A DNA stretch of 64,000 nucleotides, taken from Deltaproteobacteria bacterium (GTDB taxonomy: Bacteria > JADJOY01). Location: NCBI GenBank assembly GCA_016713535.1, contig JADJOY010000020.1, positions 42,900 through 106,899 of the forward strand, read 5' to 3'. A program made the position numbers and the translations under genes. The notes beneath the pieces are model-generated. The model was not told the DNA's origin. It saw nothing but the letters and a program-made list of their open reading frames with translations, and searched no databases. Positions 25,210-35,407 of the stretch are shown piece by piece. Within the stretch, counting starts at the first letter, position 1; each line of letters begins with the position of its first letter.

Positions 25210-25692
25210 TCACGCACGAGCCGCGGCGGACCTCACGGAGGGTGTCAGCGCCCGCCAGCGGCCGGACGCCGCGCACACGAGCAGATAGATCCCGATCGGC
25301 GCGTCGAAGAGCGCACAGGCGCGGGGAAGAGCCGCGTACGCGTCCGGGAGGTCGCGCGGGACGAAGTCCCACGCGACGTGCGCGAGCCAGGCGACCCCGA
25401 GCAGCCACGGCGCGCGGAAGGTGCCCTGCGCGGCCAGCACGACGTAGGCGAAGAACACCGCGACCTCGAGCGGCCTGCCCGTGTGCGCGTACGTCATCCC
25501 GAGCCAACCCGTGAACGCCGCCCAGCCGATGTGCTCGACGACCGGACCCGTGATGCGGAGCGCCGCGATCAGGACCGCGGCGAACGGTGCCGCGGCCTCG
25601 ATCAACGTGCCGGCGTGGGCGACCAGACCAACGCCGTAGCCGGCGGCGACGACCCAGAAGACGATGTAGAGCGTCGCGATCGTAGGGCTCAC
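25210..25692 (-). CDS. Small polytopic membrane protein (about 160 aa, 4 TM), hypothetical
   Basis: GTG start before VSPTIATLYIVFWVVAAGYGVGLVAHAG. The N-terminal part of ORF 25210..25965 is Arg-rich junk. Confidence 0.5.
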   Translation of the reverse strand: MSPTIATLYIVFWVVAAGYGVGLVAHAGTLIEAAAPFAAVLIAALRITGPVVEHIGWAAFTGWLGMTYAHTGRPLEVAVFFAYVVLAAQGTFRAPWLLGVAWLAHVAWDFVPRDLPDAYAALPRACALFDAPIGIYLLVCAASGRWRALTPSVRSAAARA

Positions 25693-25887
25693 GGGGCGGC
25701 TCCGGGCGGATGGAGGACCTGCTCTACCCTTCGGACGGCGGCAGCCGCAACGGGGCGCGACGATTTGCCGCGTCGATAGCCGGCGCACGCCCGGGCCGGT
25801 GCCTGCGACTGCAGGTCGATCCGCCTTGCCCAATTTCCGGTCGCGCGGGATGGTAGGCGGACACTCGACCGCCCGAACGGAGAACGC

Positions 25888-26808
25888 ATGACCTCGCGCA
25901 TTCCCTCGCTCGTCTCGGCGCTCGGCCTCGGGCTCGCCGTGCTCGCCGGTTGCGCCCCCAAGCAAGCGCCCGCCCCCGAGGCGCCAGCACCCGCGCCCAC
26001 CGCCGCGGCCGACCGGCTACCGAACCAGGACAAGCTCGCGCAGTTCTTCCGCGGCAAGGTGAACCTTCCGCCGAACGTCCCCATGCAGGTCGGCAACGTC
26101 AAGGACTCGGTGGCGTTCGGCGGTCTCAAGGAGGGCACGATCGAGGTCGGCGAAGGCCCCCAGAAGCGCACCATCCCGTTCGTCGCCACGGCCGACGGCC
26201 GGTGGGTGATGTTCGGTACCCCGCAGGACATCACCGTCGACCCGAAGCAGGAGATCCTCGCGAAGATCAAGCTCGAGGGCCAGCCGTTCCGCGGCGCGGC
26301 GGACGCGAAGGTCACGATCGTCGAGTACTCGGACTTCCAGTGCCCGTACTGCAAGCGCGGCTACGACGTGATCGAGCAGCAGGTCCTCAAGGAGTACGGC
26401 GACAAGGTGAAGTTCTATTACAAGCACTACCCGCTGCCGTTTCACCCGTGGGCCGAGCCCGCCGCCGTGGCGGTCGAGTGCGCCAGGGAGCAGAGCGTCG
26501 ACGCCTACTGGGCCACCTACCACGGCTTCTTCGAGCGCCAGAACGACGTGAAGGAGCCAGCGAACGTGAAGGCGGTCGCCAAGGACATCCTCGCCAAGAC
26601 CAAGACCAAGATCGACATGAAGGCATGGCAGGAGTGCTACGACGGCCAGAAGACGCTCGCGGCCGTGAAGGCGCAGGCCGAGGAAGGTGCATCCGTCGGC
26701 GTGAACGGGACCCCCGCCTACTTCATCAACGGTCAGAGCCTGGAGGGCGCGCAGCCGTTCGAAGCCTTCAAGGGTGTGATCGACGCGGCGCTCGCGCCTT
26801 CGAAGTGA
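25888..26808 (+). CDS. DsbA-family thiol:disulfide oxidoreductase lipoprotein
   Basis: Lipobox LAGC. Thioredoxin-fold active site CPYCKR. SD GGAGAA. Confidence 0.9.
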   Translation: MTSRIPSLVSALGLGLAVLAGCAPKQAPAPEAPAPAPTAAADRLPNQDKLAQFFRGKVNLPPNVPMQVGNVKDSVAFGGLKEGTIEVGEGPQKRTIPFVATADGRWVMFGTPQDITVDPKQEILAKIKLEGQPFRGAADAKVTIVEYSDFQCPYCKRGYDVIEQQVLKEYGDKVKFYYKHYPLPFHPWAEPAAVAVECAREQSVDAYWATYHGFFERQNDVKEPANVKAVAKDILAKTKTKIDMKAWQECYDGQKTLAAVKAQAEEGASVGVNGTPAYFINGQSLEGAQPFEAFKGVIDAALAPSK

Positions 26809-27794
26809 CCGCGCGCGCCGGACTCGCTCCCTACCCGTCCCCCGAGGAGCGCGACGCGCGCCTCGGGGCACTCGCCGCGGCAGGCGGCGGCGAGTGCCTG
26901 ACGATCGGCACCACGCACCGCGGGAGGCCGATCCGCGTCGCGCGGATCCCGTCCACGGGCGCCCCGCGGCGCGGCGCCGGGCCGCCCGACCGGGTGCTGG
27001 TGTGCGCCGGCATCCACGGGCTCGAGTACATCGGCTGCGTCTCGGCGCTCGCGCTGCTCGAGCGGCTCGCCGCGGCGGACGGACCGCTCGCGCGGCTGCG
27101 GGAGCGCGCCGAGGTCTGGGTGATCGCGTCGCTCAACCCCGATGGCTACGCGCGCGCGTGGGAGATCGAGGGCGAGGGGCCGCTCGACGACCTGCGCACC
27201 AACGCCCGCGGCGTCGACCTCAACCGCAACTACCCGCTGCCCGCGCCACAACGCCCGGTGACCTTCAACCTGGGCGGATGGCGCACCGGCTCCGCGGTGC
27301 CGGGCAACGCGTTCTACCGGGGCGCCCACCCGCTCAGCGAGCCCGAGACCGCGGCGCTCGCGGCGCTCCACGCGGAGCAACGCTTCGCGGCGAGCGCCAA
27401 CCTGCACTCCACGTGGGGGACGCTCATCCCGCCGCTCACGCCGGCGAGCGCGCACCAGCGCGCGTATCGACACCTGTGCAGGGTCTTCGCCGCGAGTCAG
27501 AGCGTCGCGCGCTACAAGCGGCTCGCGTGGTCGTCGCTCGATCGCTTCATCGGCGAGCAAGAGGACTACCAGCACCACGTCCTCGACGCGTGGGCGCTCT
27601 GCATCGAGCACTACCCGGTGTGGCGCGAGCTGGCGCGGCACCAGGACGAGCGGGTGTTCTGGCGCTTCAACCCGCGCGCGCCGGAGCGCTGGATCGCGAA
27701 CGACGTCCCGGGGATCGTCGCGTTCCTGAACGCGGCCCTCGACCTGGGACGGCCGAGCCGGCACGCGCCGAACGTCCTCCCGCCCCGGCTCTGA
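26805..27794 (+). CDS. M14-family zinc carboxypeptidase-like protein
   Basis: GTG start overlaps the preceding stop as GTGA. Motifs GIHGLEY (HxxE zinc ligand), NRNYP and SANLHS. Confidence 0.8.
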   Translation: MTARAGLAPYPSPEERDARLGALAAAGGGECLTIGTTHRGRPIRVARIPSTGAPRRGAGPPDRVLVCAGIHGLEYIGCVSALALLERLAAADGPLARLRERAEVWVIASLNPDGYARAWEIEGEGPLDDLRTNARGVDLNRNYPLPAPQRPVTFNLGGWRTGSAVPGNAFYRGAHPLSEPETAALAALHAEQRFAASANLHSTWGTLIPPLTPASAHQRAYRHLCRVFAASQSVARYKRLAWSSLDRFIGEQEDYQHHVLDAWALCIEHYPVWRELARHQDERVFWRFNPRAPERWIANDVPGIVAFLNAALDLGRPSRHAPNVLPPRL

Positions 27795-27819
27795 CCACGC
27801 GCCCGGCGACCTCGCCGAT

Positions 27820-27900
27820 GGCGATCCGGCCTGGAGGGGCACGCGTCGCGTGCCCGGCGACCCGCGACGGCCCGAGCATCACCGATGCCTGCGGTCCCCG
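27820..27900 (+). repeat. Partial copy of the REP-element tail module (GGGGCACGCGTCGCGTGCCCGGCGACCCGCGACGG)
   Basis: Matches 37695-37760 (gagcacgcgttgcgtgcccggcgatacgcgagggcgtcgcagcgacgg). It lies between convergent gene ends. Confidence 0.35.
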
Positions 27901-27920
27901 TACCAGCCCGATCCAGCGCC

Positions 27921-29441
27921 TCACGGCCGCTCGAGCGCGGCGCCGCCGCGATGCGTGGTGAGGCGCGCGCCGAGCCCGGCCGGATACACCCACGAGAGCT
28001 CGCCGGTGGCCCGGTCGAGCCTCACCGCGAGCGGCTCGCTCGGGACGTCGTGACGCTCGCGATCGAAGCCAACCGCGAACACGTCGCCGTCCCCTCCGAT
28101 CAAGATCCGGTTCACGCGGCCCGCCGTCGCGCTCGCCTCGTCATCGCCGAGGTGACTCGTCCAGACCGCGGCCCCGCTTCGTCCCACCTGCTCGACCACC
28201 AGCCGCTCGCCGGCAGGGTCATTGGAGTCGGCGCCGCCGTAGACCACCAACCCGTCGGCGTCGACCGCGAGGTCGGTCACCTCTTCCCCGGCGAGCGACG
28301 GCGACGAGAGTGCGTTCACCCACCGCACCGCGCCGTCGAGCGAGAGGCTCGCCGCGATCCCCTCCGAGATCACGTCCTCGCCGAGCGCGCGCGCGAGGCC
28401 ACCCGCGACGCACGGACCGTCCGGCCCGATGGCGAGGGCGTGCCCTTCGTCGAAGCTCGGTAGCCCGGCGGGGACGACTTCGTCGCGCCGGAACGTCCAG
28501 CGTTCAGCGCCATCGGCGGCGAGCTTGACCAGCGAGAGGTCGGTTCCCCGCGCGTCCGGCGCGGAGAGATCGCCGACCACGTACAGATCACCGGACGGGT
28601 CGAACGCGACCTCGCGCGCGACGTCGATCTGCCCGGTCTCGAGCGAGCCGCCGCCGAGTCGAGAGCCGCCGTCGCGGAGCTGCTCCCAGCGCGGCGCGCC
28701 GTCGGCGCTCCACTCGGCGACGAACCACGCGACGCTCGAGTCGGGGAAGCCGACGACGCCCGCCACGCCGACGACGCCGGTGCCATCGAACGCGACCGAG
28801 AGCCCGGCGCTCATGTGTAGCGGATCGACGGTGAGCTGGGCGACGTCCTTCCACACCACCACGCCGCTCGCGGTGTCGATCCGCGCCACCAGCACGCCCT
28901 GCTCGGGTGGCAGGTCGGGATCGGCGGCGGTGCGGCGCGCGAACCCGGTGACGAACGCGTCGCCGCCGGCGAGGGCGAGGCCGTAGAGCTCGGCGCTGCC
29001 GTCCAGCCACGGCTCGGTCTCCCACAGCCGCTCCCCATCGGCGCCGAAGGCCATCACCAGGCCGCGGCTCCCGTCCACGGCGAGGACGTTGCCGATCACG
29101 ACGACCCGGCCCGCGGCGTCCACCTCCACCGCCTCGGCACGCGCGTCGACGGTGGGCTCGATCGCCTCCTCCGCGAGCCAGCGTGGCCTCCCCACGTCGT
29201 CGAAGCCGACTACCGCGATGTTGCGCGAGCCGTCGACACCGGTGTGCCCCGCCGCCACGAGCGTGCCGTCGGTGAGCAGCGCCGCGTCGCTGAACGCACC
29301 CATCGAGAGCGCCGGGGCGGGTGAAGCCGCGCCGCCCTCCGCGAACGACTGGCACCCGCCGAGCCCGAGCGTCGCGATCGCCGCCAGCCTCGCGACCCAC
29401 ACCCCGGCCGGGCGTCGACGGCGATCGGCGCTCGACGTCAT
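27921..29441 (-). CDS. Lipoprotein (lipobox LGGC) with beta-propeller-like repeats, hypothetical
   Basis: MTSSADRRRRPAGVWVARLAAIATLGLGGC. Repeated ...DG..(R)W... blocks. The start ATG overlaps the upstream gene's stop as ATGA. Confidence 0.7.
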   Translation of the reverse strand: MTSSADRRRRPAGVWVARLAAIATLGLGGCQSFAEGGAASPAPALSMGAFSDAALLTDGTLVAAGHTGVDGSRNIAVVGFDDVGRPRWLAEEAIEPTVDARAEAVEVDAAGRVVVIGNVLAVDGSRGLVMAFGADGERLWETEPWLDGSAELYGLALAGGDAFVTGFARRTAADPDLPPEQGVLVARIDTASGVVVWKDVAQLTVDPLHMSAGLSVAFDGTGVVGVAGVVGFPDSSVAWFVAEWSADGAPRWEQLRDGGSRLGGGSLETGQIDVAREVAFDPSGDLYVVGDLSAPDARGTDLSLVKLAADGAERWTFRRDEVVPAGLPSFDEGHALAIGPDGPCVAGGLARALGEDVISEGIAASLSLDGAVRWVNALSSPSLAGEEVTDLAVDADGLVVYGGADSNDPAGERLVVEQVGRSGAAVWTSHLGDDEASATAGRVNRILIGGDGDVFAVGFDRERHDVPSEPLAVRLDRATGELSWVYPAGLGARLTTHRGGAALERP

Positions 29442-30544
29442 GGCAACGCGTACTGGCGGAGGAACGCGAACATGCTGGAGAGCCGTGGGTTCGCGTAGGT
29501 GAAGTGCGCGGCCTTGGGGCACTCGCGCTGCTGGGTCGCCGAGCCCTGGTCGCACGAGCCGACGACGTGCAGCTTCGACGCATCGGTGATCACGAGCTGC
29601 GCCGCCGACGAGCTCCAGCCCGCCTGGCGCAGCGTCGCGATCCACGCCTGCGTCTCGGTGCAGAACATCGCCGGGTCGCACTCGGCCTGGGTCACGAGGA
29701 TCGGCACCTTGCGAGACACCTCCGGCAGCGAGGTGACGCACGGGCCGCGCGCGAACGGGTCGCCGGCGGCGAACGTGGCGACCGCCGCGAACTGGCTCGG
29801 GAACCGGAGCGCGAGGAGGTGCGCCAGGAAGGCCCCGTTCGACCATCCCATCAGGTAGACGCGCTTGGGGTCGAAGCCGGCGAAGCTCGCGGGCAACGCC
29901 TCGGGCTTGCCGCGCTCGTCCTGCGTGACGCGGCTCGCGAGCTGCTCGACGAACGCACGCACCGCGCGCACGTCGAGGTTCCTCGCCGGGTCCAGGAACC
30001 ACACGTCGAAGCGCGTGCCGTCTCCGGACGAGTCGGGCGGCGACCTCAGGCAACGCCCTTGCGGCATGAGCAGCACGAAGCCCGTGGTGCCGGGAGCCAG
30101 CGAGGTGGTGGACGACTGGGCGAGGAGCCGGGTGGCCGCGGGCACCCGCCCGTCGCCGCCGAAGACTCCATCGACGCTCGCGACGCGCGATGGGTGGAGG
30201 AACACCACCAGCGGCGCGGACGCCGTCTCGGCGGGCGAAGCCGCGCACGCGTACCGGACCAGCCCGCTCGGGTCGTCAGGGTCGGTGTAGCGCAGCACCA
30301 CGCCTCCAGCGCACACCGGCGCGACGAAGTCGTCCGGACAGGCTTCGTTCGCGGGACGGAACTGCTCACCGCCCGGGCCGAGGATCAGCTCGCCCGGAGA
30401 CGAGCCGGTCACCGCGCTGCACGCGTCGGCGGCGCCGGCCGCGGCTGGCGTGCCCACGACGCCGCTCCACACCACGAGCCAGGCGACGAGCCACGGATGC
30501 GAGCGCGCGCGTTGGATCATCACGGAGGAGCGCGCGACGGACAC
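29438..30544 (-). CDS. Secreted alpha/beta-hydrolase (esterase/PHB-depolymerase-like)
   Basis: Signal peptide. Nucleophile elbow GWSNGA. Start is M1 (30544) or M9 (30520). Confidence 0.8.
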   Translation of the reverse strand: MSVARSSVMIQRARSHPWLVAWLVVWSGVVGTPAAAGAADACSAVTGSSPGELILGPGGEQFRPANEACPDDFVAPVCAGGVVLRYTDPDDPSGLVRYACAASPAETASAPLVVFLHPSRVASVDGVFGGDGRVPAATRLLAQSSTTSLAPGTTGFVLLMPQGRCLRSPPDSSGDGTRFDVWFLDPARNLDVRAVRAFVEQLASRVTQDERGKPEALPASFAGFDPKRVYLMGWSNGAFLAHLLALRFPSQFAAVATFAAGDPFARGPCVTSLPEVSRKVPILVTQAECDPAMFCTETQAWIATLRQAGWSSSAAQLVITDASKLHVVGSCDQGSATQQRECPKAAHFTYANPRLSSMFAFLRQYALP

Positions 30545-30858
30545 GCCGCGGGCTGCCGCCCAGCGGAGACTGCACGCCGGGTGCCGCCGACGCCGTTGGC
30601 GCGACTTCGCCCGACGCGGCGGCGGAGCGCCTGCGCCCGGTGAGCGCCGTCACTTCATCGCCATCCGAGGACGCTCAAGGAACACGCCGATCGAGCCGAT
30701 CCACCGACCATGGGGCCACACCCTGGCTCCGCCGCCAGGTCAAAGCCGATCCACCCGATCGTTCCGAGGCGGCACAATCTGCCGAGCCCGGCCGGCGCGC
30801 ACGCCTGCTGGGCTCGGCTTTTCCCACCGAATCGCGGCGCAACACCCGGCGTGGCGGG

Positions 30859-30874
30859 CGGCATCCCCCTTGCT
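30859..30874 (+). promoter_or_regulatory. Candidate sigma54 promoter cGGCATcccccTTGCt, overlapping a 7-bp inverted repeat CCCTTGC-N18-GCAAGGG, about 55 nt upstream of the EF-hand gene
   Basis: GG-N10-GC spacing, GGCA at -24 and TTGC at -12. The palindrome spans 30867-30898. Confidence 0.3.
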
Positions 30875-30928
30875 CTCGGAATCTCGCGCACGCAAGGGAC
30901 GCGAGTTCCTGCTTCCAAGGAGGGAAGG

Positions 30929-31699
30929 ATGTCGACCTCGGCCGTATCGTCGCAGAGCTCCATTCAGGACCTCGCGCTCTCGATCCTCAACCAGTACGAC
31001 ACCAACAAGGACGGGCAGCTCGGCGCGACCGAGTTCTCGAACGTCCTCTCCAACCTGCTCGGTGGAGCCGTGGGGTCGACGTCACCGACCTCCTCCGAGT
31101 CCGTGGGCAGCAACACCTCGGCGACGGCGCTCGGCGGCATGCCGGCGTCGGACATGACCGGCTTCAACTACGACAAGATCATGAACGAGAGCCACCAGAC
31201 GTCGAAGTACCTGTTCGCGCGGGTGGCGTGGAACGTCGACCTCGCTTCGGTGCACGACAAGGCGAGCTGCCAGGCGCTCCTCGAGTCGATGGTGCCCGAC
31301 ATGCAGGCGGCCGGGATGAACGTGGTCGCCGTGGACACCGACAAGATCCAGGTCAGCGACGAGTACGGCACCTACTGGGTGGACGTCATCCGCGACTACG
31401 ACGGCCCCAACCAGGCGTTCCAGTGGCTGAGCGAGCACGACGACCCGACGGTCGCGGGGCATGCGCCAGCGGCGCCGCTCGCCTCGGCCGAGACCACCGG
31501 CTCCACCGCCAGGACGGCGCTGAGCGCCGCCGAGCTCTCGAGCGCACGCGCGGTGATCGACTCCTTCCACGCCGCGTCGCCGCGCGCCGCGGAGCGGGCG
31601 GCCGAACGCGAGGAGCGTCAGGCCGAGCGCCAGCACCGCGTCGATGGCCGCCGCTCCGGAGAGAACGTCGCCGCACGCGCCGCGCGCCGCGGGAGCTGA
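30929..31699 (+). CDS. EF-hand-containing cytoplasmic protein, hypothetical
   Basis: Strong SD AAGGAGGG. Canonical EF-hand loop DTNKDGQLGATE. No signal peptide. Confidence 0.7.
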   Translation: MSTSAVSSQSSIQDLALSILNQYDTNKDGQLGATEFSNVLSNLLGGAVGSTSPTSSESVGSNTSATALGGMPASDMTGFNYDKIMNESHQTSKYLFARVAWNVDLASVHDKASCQALLESMVPDMQAAGMNVVAVDTDKIQVSDEYGTYWVDVIRDYDGPNQAFQWLSEHDDPTVAGHAPAAPLASAETTGSTARTALSAAELSSARAVIDSFHAASPRAAERAAEREERQAERQHRVDGRRSGENVAARAARRGS

Positions 31700-31801
31700 T
31701 TTTCGCGCGCCGACGCGCCCTCCACCACGCGCACTCCCGACCTTCCGGCTCGGCCAGCGCGCACGTCGGAGGCGGGCCCCGGACCAGATAGAGTTCGGGG
31801 C

Positions 31802-32887
31802 GTGAACCTCGATCGACTGGTGGGCCTGGGTCTCGACGACGACTGGCGCGCTCGAATCGAGCGCGCGGGTGTCGCGCTCGCCTCGGTGGGCCGCGTGTGC
31901 GCCGAGCACCGCGATCGTTGGCTCGTCGCCATCCACGACGGCGACGTCGAGGCGATGCTCGCGGGTCGGCTCCGCCACGAGGTCGAAAGCGGCAGCGCGC
32001 CACGGCCGGTGGTGGGCGACTGGGTGGCGCTCCGTGACGGCGATGAAGGCGCGTCCCAGCGCCTCGTCACCCGCGTGGTGCCGCGCCGCACCTGGATCGC
32101 CCGCAAGGCCCCCGGTCGCACCACCGCGGCGCAGACGCTCGCGGCCAACGTCGACGTCGCGTTCCTGGTGGCGGCGCTCGGCGCGGAGGTCAACGAGCGC
32201 CGCATCGAGCGCTTCGCGACGATCCTCGGCGAGGGCGGGGTGCGCATGGTGGTGGTGCTCGGCAAGGTGGACCTCGTCGACGACGTGACGCTGCACCTCG
32301 CGCGCGCATCCCACGCAGCGCCGGGGGCCCCGGTCCACGCGGTGAGCGCGCTCACCGGCGCCGGCATCGAGGCGCTCGAGCCGTACCTGAGCGCCGGCGC
32401 CACGGTGGCCGTCCTCGGCCTCTCGGGCGCGGGGAAGTCGACGCTCGTGAATCGCTGGCTCGGCGGCGAGGTCCAGCGCACCACCGAGGTGCGCGAGTCC
32501 GACGGCAAGGGACGCCACACCACCACCACGCGCGAGCTGATCGCGTTGCCCATGGGCTGCCTCGTCCTCGACACGCCGGGCTTACGCGAGGTCGGCCTGA
32601 CGGACACCGACGACGGCCTCGACGACGCCTTTCCGGACGTCGCGGCGGTGGCGACGCGCTGCAAGTTCGGCGACTGCCGCCACGAAGGCGAGCCCGGCTG
32701 CGCCGTCGCCGCGGCGCTCGCCGCGGGCGAGCTCGCGGCCGAGCGCGTCGAGGCGTGGCGCTTCCTCGACCGGGAGCAGGCGCGGCTGGCCGCGCGCGCC
32801 ACCTCGGGCGGCGCCAAGCGCGAGGCCTCGAAGCGCGTGCGCTCGATGGCGCTGCGCAAGCACCTCGTCGCCAAGGGCAAGACGTAG
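31802..32887 (+). CDS. rsgA: Ribosome small-subunit-dependent GTPase A (RsgA/YjeQ)
   Basis: G-domain motifs (VLGLSGAGKSTLVN, DTPG) and the C-terminal zinc knuckle CKFGDCRHEGEPGC. Confidence 0.9.
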   Translation: MNLDRLVGLGLDDDWRARIERAGVALASVGRVCAEHRDRWLVAIHDGDVEAMLAGRLRHEVESGSAPRPVVGDWVALRDGDEGASQRLVTRVVPRRTWIARKAPGRTTAAQTLAANVDVAFLVAALGAEVNERRIERFATILGEGGVRMVVVLGKVDLVDDVTLHLARASHAAPGAPVHAVSALTGAGIEALEPYLSAGATVAVLGLSGAGKSTLVNRWLGGEVQRTTEVRESDGKGRHTTTTRELIALPMGCLVLDTPGLREVGLTDTDDGLDDAFPDVAAVATRCKFGDCRHEGEPGCAVAAALAAGELAAERVEAWRFLDREQARLAARATSGGAKREASKRVRSMALRKHLVAKGKT

Positions 32888-32913
32888 CCACGATCGCCGC
32901 AGCAGGGCCTCGC

Positions 32914-33888
32914 TCACTGCCCGTAGAACTGCTTCGTCCAGTTGCGGAAGAGCCCGATCGGTCCGTCGCCGGCGGCGAGGAGCGGCCGCTCGACGTGGGT
33001 CTTGTGTGCCCAGATCTCGCGGTCCTGGAGGACGTCGCCGACGATCCTGCGGAGCAGAAAGCGTTCGAAGACGGCGCGCGCCGGGGCGAGCGCGAGCACG
33101 CGGCCGAGTGTAGTCACCGGCGCGGGTCGCGCGCGGTCCGAGGCGAGCAGGATCGTGAAGTCGAAGTGACCCTCGTCGATCGGCGCGCACATGAGCACGA
33201 TCACGCAATGCAGATCCAGCTCGCGCACGGTGAGATCGGTGACCGAGAAGCCGAGCCCGTGGATGTCGGTGTCGAACACGCTCGAGATGGTGCCGAACGC
33301 CGCACCGAACGGGCTCGCGCGGTCGAAGCCGAAGCGCGAGTGGAGCACCGGCCCGTCGACGTGGATCTCGGCGTCACGCACGTTCGCGTAGTGGTGGACC
33401 GCGGCGAAGTGGCCGAGGTCGACGCCGTTCTCCGCCGCGTCCTCGACATGACCCGCGAGCGCGAGCGTCACCCAGCGTGGGCGAGTGAAGCCGTCGAGGC
33501 ACGGCGGCTCGAGCGCCCAGCGCGGCGCGCCGTCGCGCGTACCCACGAACACCAGCACCTGCTCGGCGACCTCGCGGCTCGGCCACACCTCGAGACAGGC
33601 CCGCGGCGGCGTGGGATCGGCGTATTCGGTGGCGACGCAGACGCCGTCGGTGGCGTAGCGAAACCCGTGGAACGGGCAGCGCAAGGTCTCGCCGAGCACG
33701 CGACCGCCGTGACCCAGATGAGCGCCGAGATGCGGGCAGTGAGCACCGCTCACCGTGAGCCGTCCCTGCTCGGTGCGGAACATCACCAGCTCGCGACCGG
33801 CGAGACGGCGCGTCACGACGGCGCCGCGCGGGACATCGCGCGCGGCGGCGAGCCTGTACCAGCCCTCGGGAAACGGCGGTCTCGTCAT
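32914..33888 (-). CDS. Rieske [2Fe-2S] domain oxygenase-like protein
   Basis: Rieske motifs CPHLGAHL...CPFHGF. Start MTRPPFPEGWYRL; the upstream part of the ORF is junk. Confidence 0.8.
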   Translation of the reverse strand: MTRPPFPEGWYRLAAARDVPRGAVVTRRLAGRELVMFRTEQGRLTVSGAHCPHLGAHLGHGGRVLGETLRCPFHGFRYATDGVCVATEYADPTPPRACLEVWPSREVAEQVLVFVGTRDGAPRWALEPPCLDGFTRPRWVTLALAGHVEDAAENGVDLGHFAAVHHYANVRDAEIHVDGPVLHSRFGFDRASPFGAAFGTISSVFDTDIHGLGFSVTDLTVRELDLHCVIVLMCAPIDEGHFDFTILLASDRARPAPVTTLGRVLALAPARAVFERFLLRRIVGDVLQDREIWAHKTHVERPLLAAGDGPIGLFRNWTKQFYGQ

Positions 33889-33921
33889 CGGCGGCAGGTA
33901 TATGATCCCGCGGCCGTGCGA

Positions 33922-35403
33922 GTGAAGCGATCCTCTCGGGCTGGCGCGGTTCGCGCGTGCATCGGGCTCGCGTCGTGGCTCGTGCTGGCCAGCTGCGCGG
34001 CGCACGACGGCTCGCGAGGCGCGGGCAGCGGCGGCGCGGAGCCGGTGCCCACGCCCACGCCACTCGCGACCGGCCACGTCGTGAGCCCGGTGCAGAGCCT
34101 CGCCGACCCCGCGCTCAGCTACGCCGTGTTCCTGCCGGGCGACTACTCACCCGCGCGCCGCTGGCCGGTGCTCTTCGTGCTCGATCCGCGCGGACGCGGC
34201 ACCTTCGCGGCGCAGCTCTTCCAGCAGGCGCCGGAACACCACGGCTGGATCGTGATGAGCTCGAACGACACGCGCAGCGACGGGCCGTGGGAGCCGAACG
34301 TGCGCGCCGTCCAGGCCATGCTCGCCGACGCCGACGCGCGCTTCGCGGTCGACCCGCGCCGGCTCTATCTCGCGGGCTTCTCGGGGACCGCCCGCGGCGC
34401 CTGGGCGCTGGCGCTCGGCATGAAGCCGAACGCGGTGGGCGTGCTCCTCGCGGGCGGCGGCGCGCCCCACGAGAGCCCGCCTGCGCGTGGGCTGCCCTTC
34501 GCGGTCTTCGGGAGCGCGGGCACTCGCGACTTCAACTACCTCGAGATGCGGGACCTCGACGCCAAGCTCGACGAGGCCGGCGCCGCCCATCGCTTCGCGA
34601 CCTTCGACGGCGAGCACGAGTGGCCGCCACCGGCGGTGGCGAGCGAGGCGATCGCCTGGCTCGAGCTGCGTGCCATGCGGCGCGGCCTCGCGCCTCCCGA
34701 CGAGAAGCTGGCGGACGAGCTCCACGACCGCTGGGTGGCGGGGGCGCGCGCCGCCGAGAGCGCCGGCTCGCTCGTGGACGCCGCCCACGCGTGGCGCGAG
34801 ATGGAGCGCGACTTCGCGGGCACGGAGACGGCCCGCGAAGCGCACGCCGAGGTCGAGCGTCTCACCGCGCTCCCAGCGTTCCAGCGCGAGCGCGACGAGC
34901 GCGAGCGCGCCGAGCGCTGGGAGCGCGCCCGTCGCGAGGAGATCGAGCGGCTGGTGAGCACGCTGGCGAGCGCGGGTTCGATCGACGAGGACGGGACGAT
35001 CGCGCGCGTCCGCGAGCTCCACCACTCGCTCCGCGCCACGGCGTCTTACACCAGCGACGTCTCGCTCGCCGCGGGCGCGCGCCGCGCCATCGAGCACCTC
35101 GCGAGCTTCGTGGCGTTCTATACGCCGCGCGAGCTGAGCGCGCGCCACGCCTACGCGCGCGCCGCGCGGGTGCTCGAGCTCGCCCTCACCATCCACCCCG
35201 ACCACGAGCTCGTCTGGTACAACCTCGCGTGCGCGCACGCCCGCGACGGCCAGCGCGAGCGCGCGCTCGACGCCCTCGAGCAGGCGGTCTCGAGGGGCTT
35301 TCACGATCGCGAGCTCCTCGAGCACGACGACGACCTGCGCTCGCTGCGCGACACGCCCCGCTACCGCGAGCTCCTCGAACAGTGGCGCGGACCGGTGCCT
35401 TGA
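33922..35403 (+). CDS. Lipoprotein alpha/beta-hydrolase (esterase-like, GFSGTARGA) with a C-terminal TPR-like helical domain
   Basis: GTG start (VKRSSRAGAVRACIGLASWLVLASC) with a lipobox. GxSxG motif. TPR-like C-terminus (YNLACAHARDGQRERALDALEQAV). Confidence 0.7.
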   Translation: MKRSSRAGAVRACIGLASWLVLASCAAHDGSRGAGSGGAEPVPTPTPLATGHVVSPVQSLADPALSYAVFLPGDYSPARRWPVLFVLDPRGRGTFAAQLFQQAPEHHGWIVMSSNDTRSDGPWEPNVRAVQAMLADADARFAVDPRRLYLAGFSGTARGAWALALGMKPNAVGVLLAGGGAPHESPPARGLPFAVFGSAGTRDFNYLEMRDLDAKLDEAGAAHRFATFDGEHEWPPPAVASEAIAWLELRAMRRGLAPPDEKLADELHDRWVAGARAAESAGSLVDAAHAWREMERDFAGTETAREAHAEVERLTALPAFQRERDERERAERWERARREEIERLVSTLASAGSIDEDGTIARVRELHHSLRATASYTSDVSLAAGARRAIEHLASFVAFYTPRELSARHAYARAARVLELALTIHPDHELVWYNLACAHARDGQRERALDALEQAVSRGFHDRELLEHDDDLRSLRDTPRYRELLEQWRGPVP

Positions 35404-35407
35404 ATCG

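Noticed and set aside
31699-31760. GCGCG-ccga-CGCGC hairpin after the EF-hand gene as a terminator
   Set aside because: No U-run follows it on either strand.
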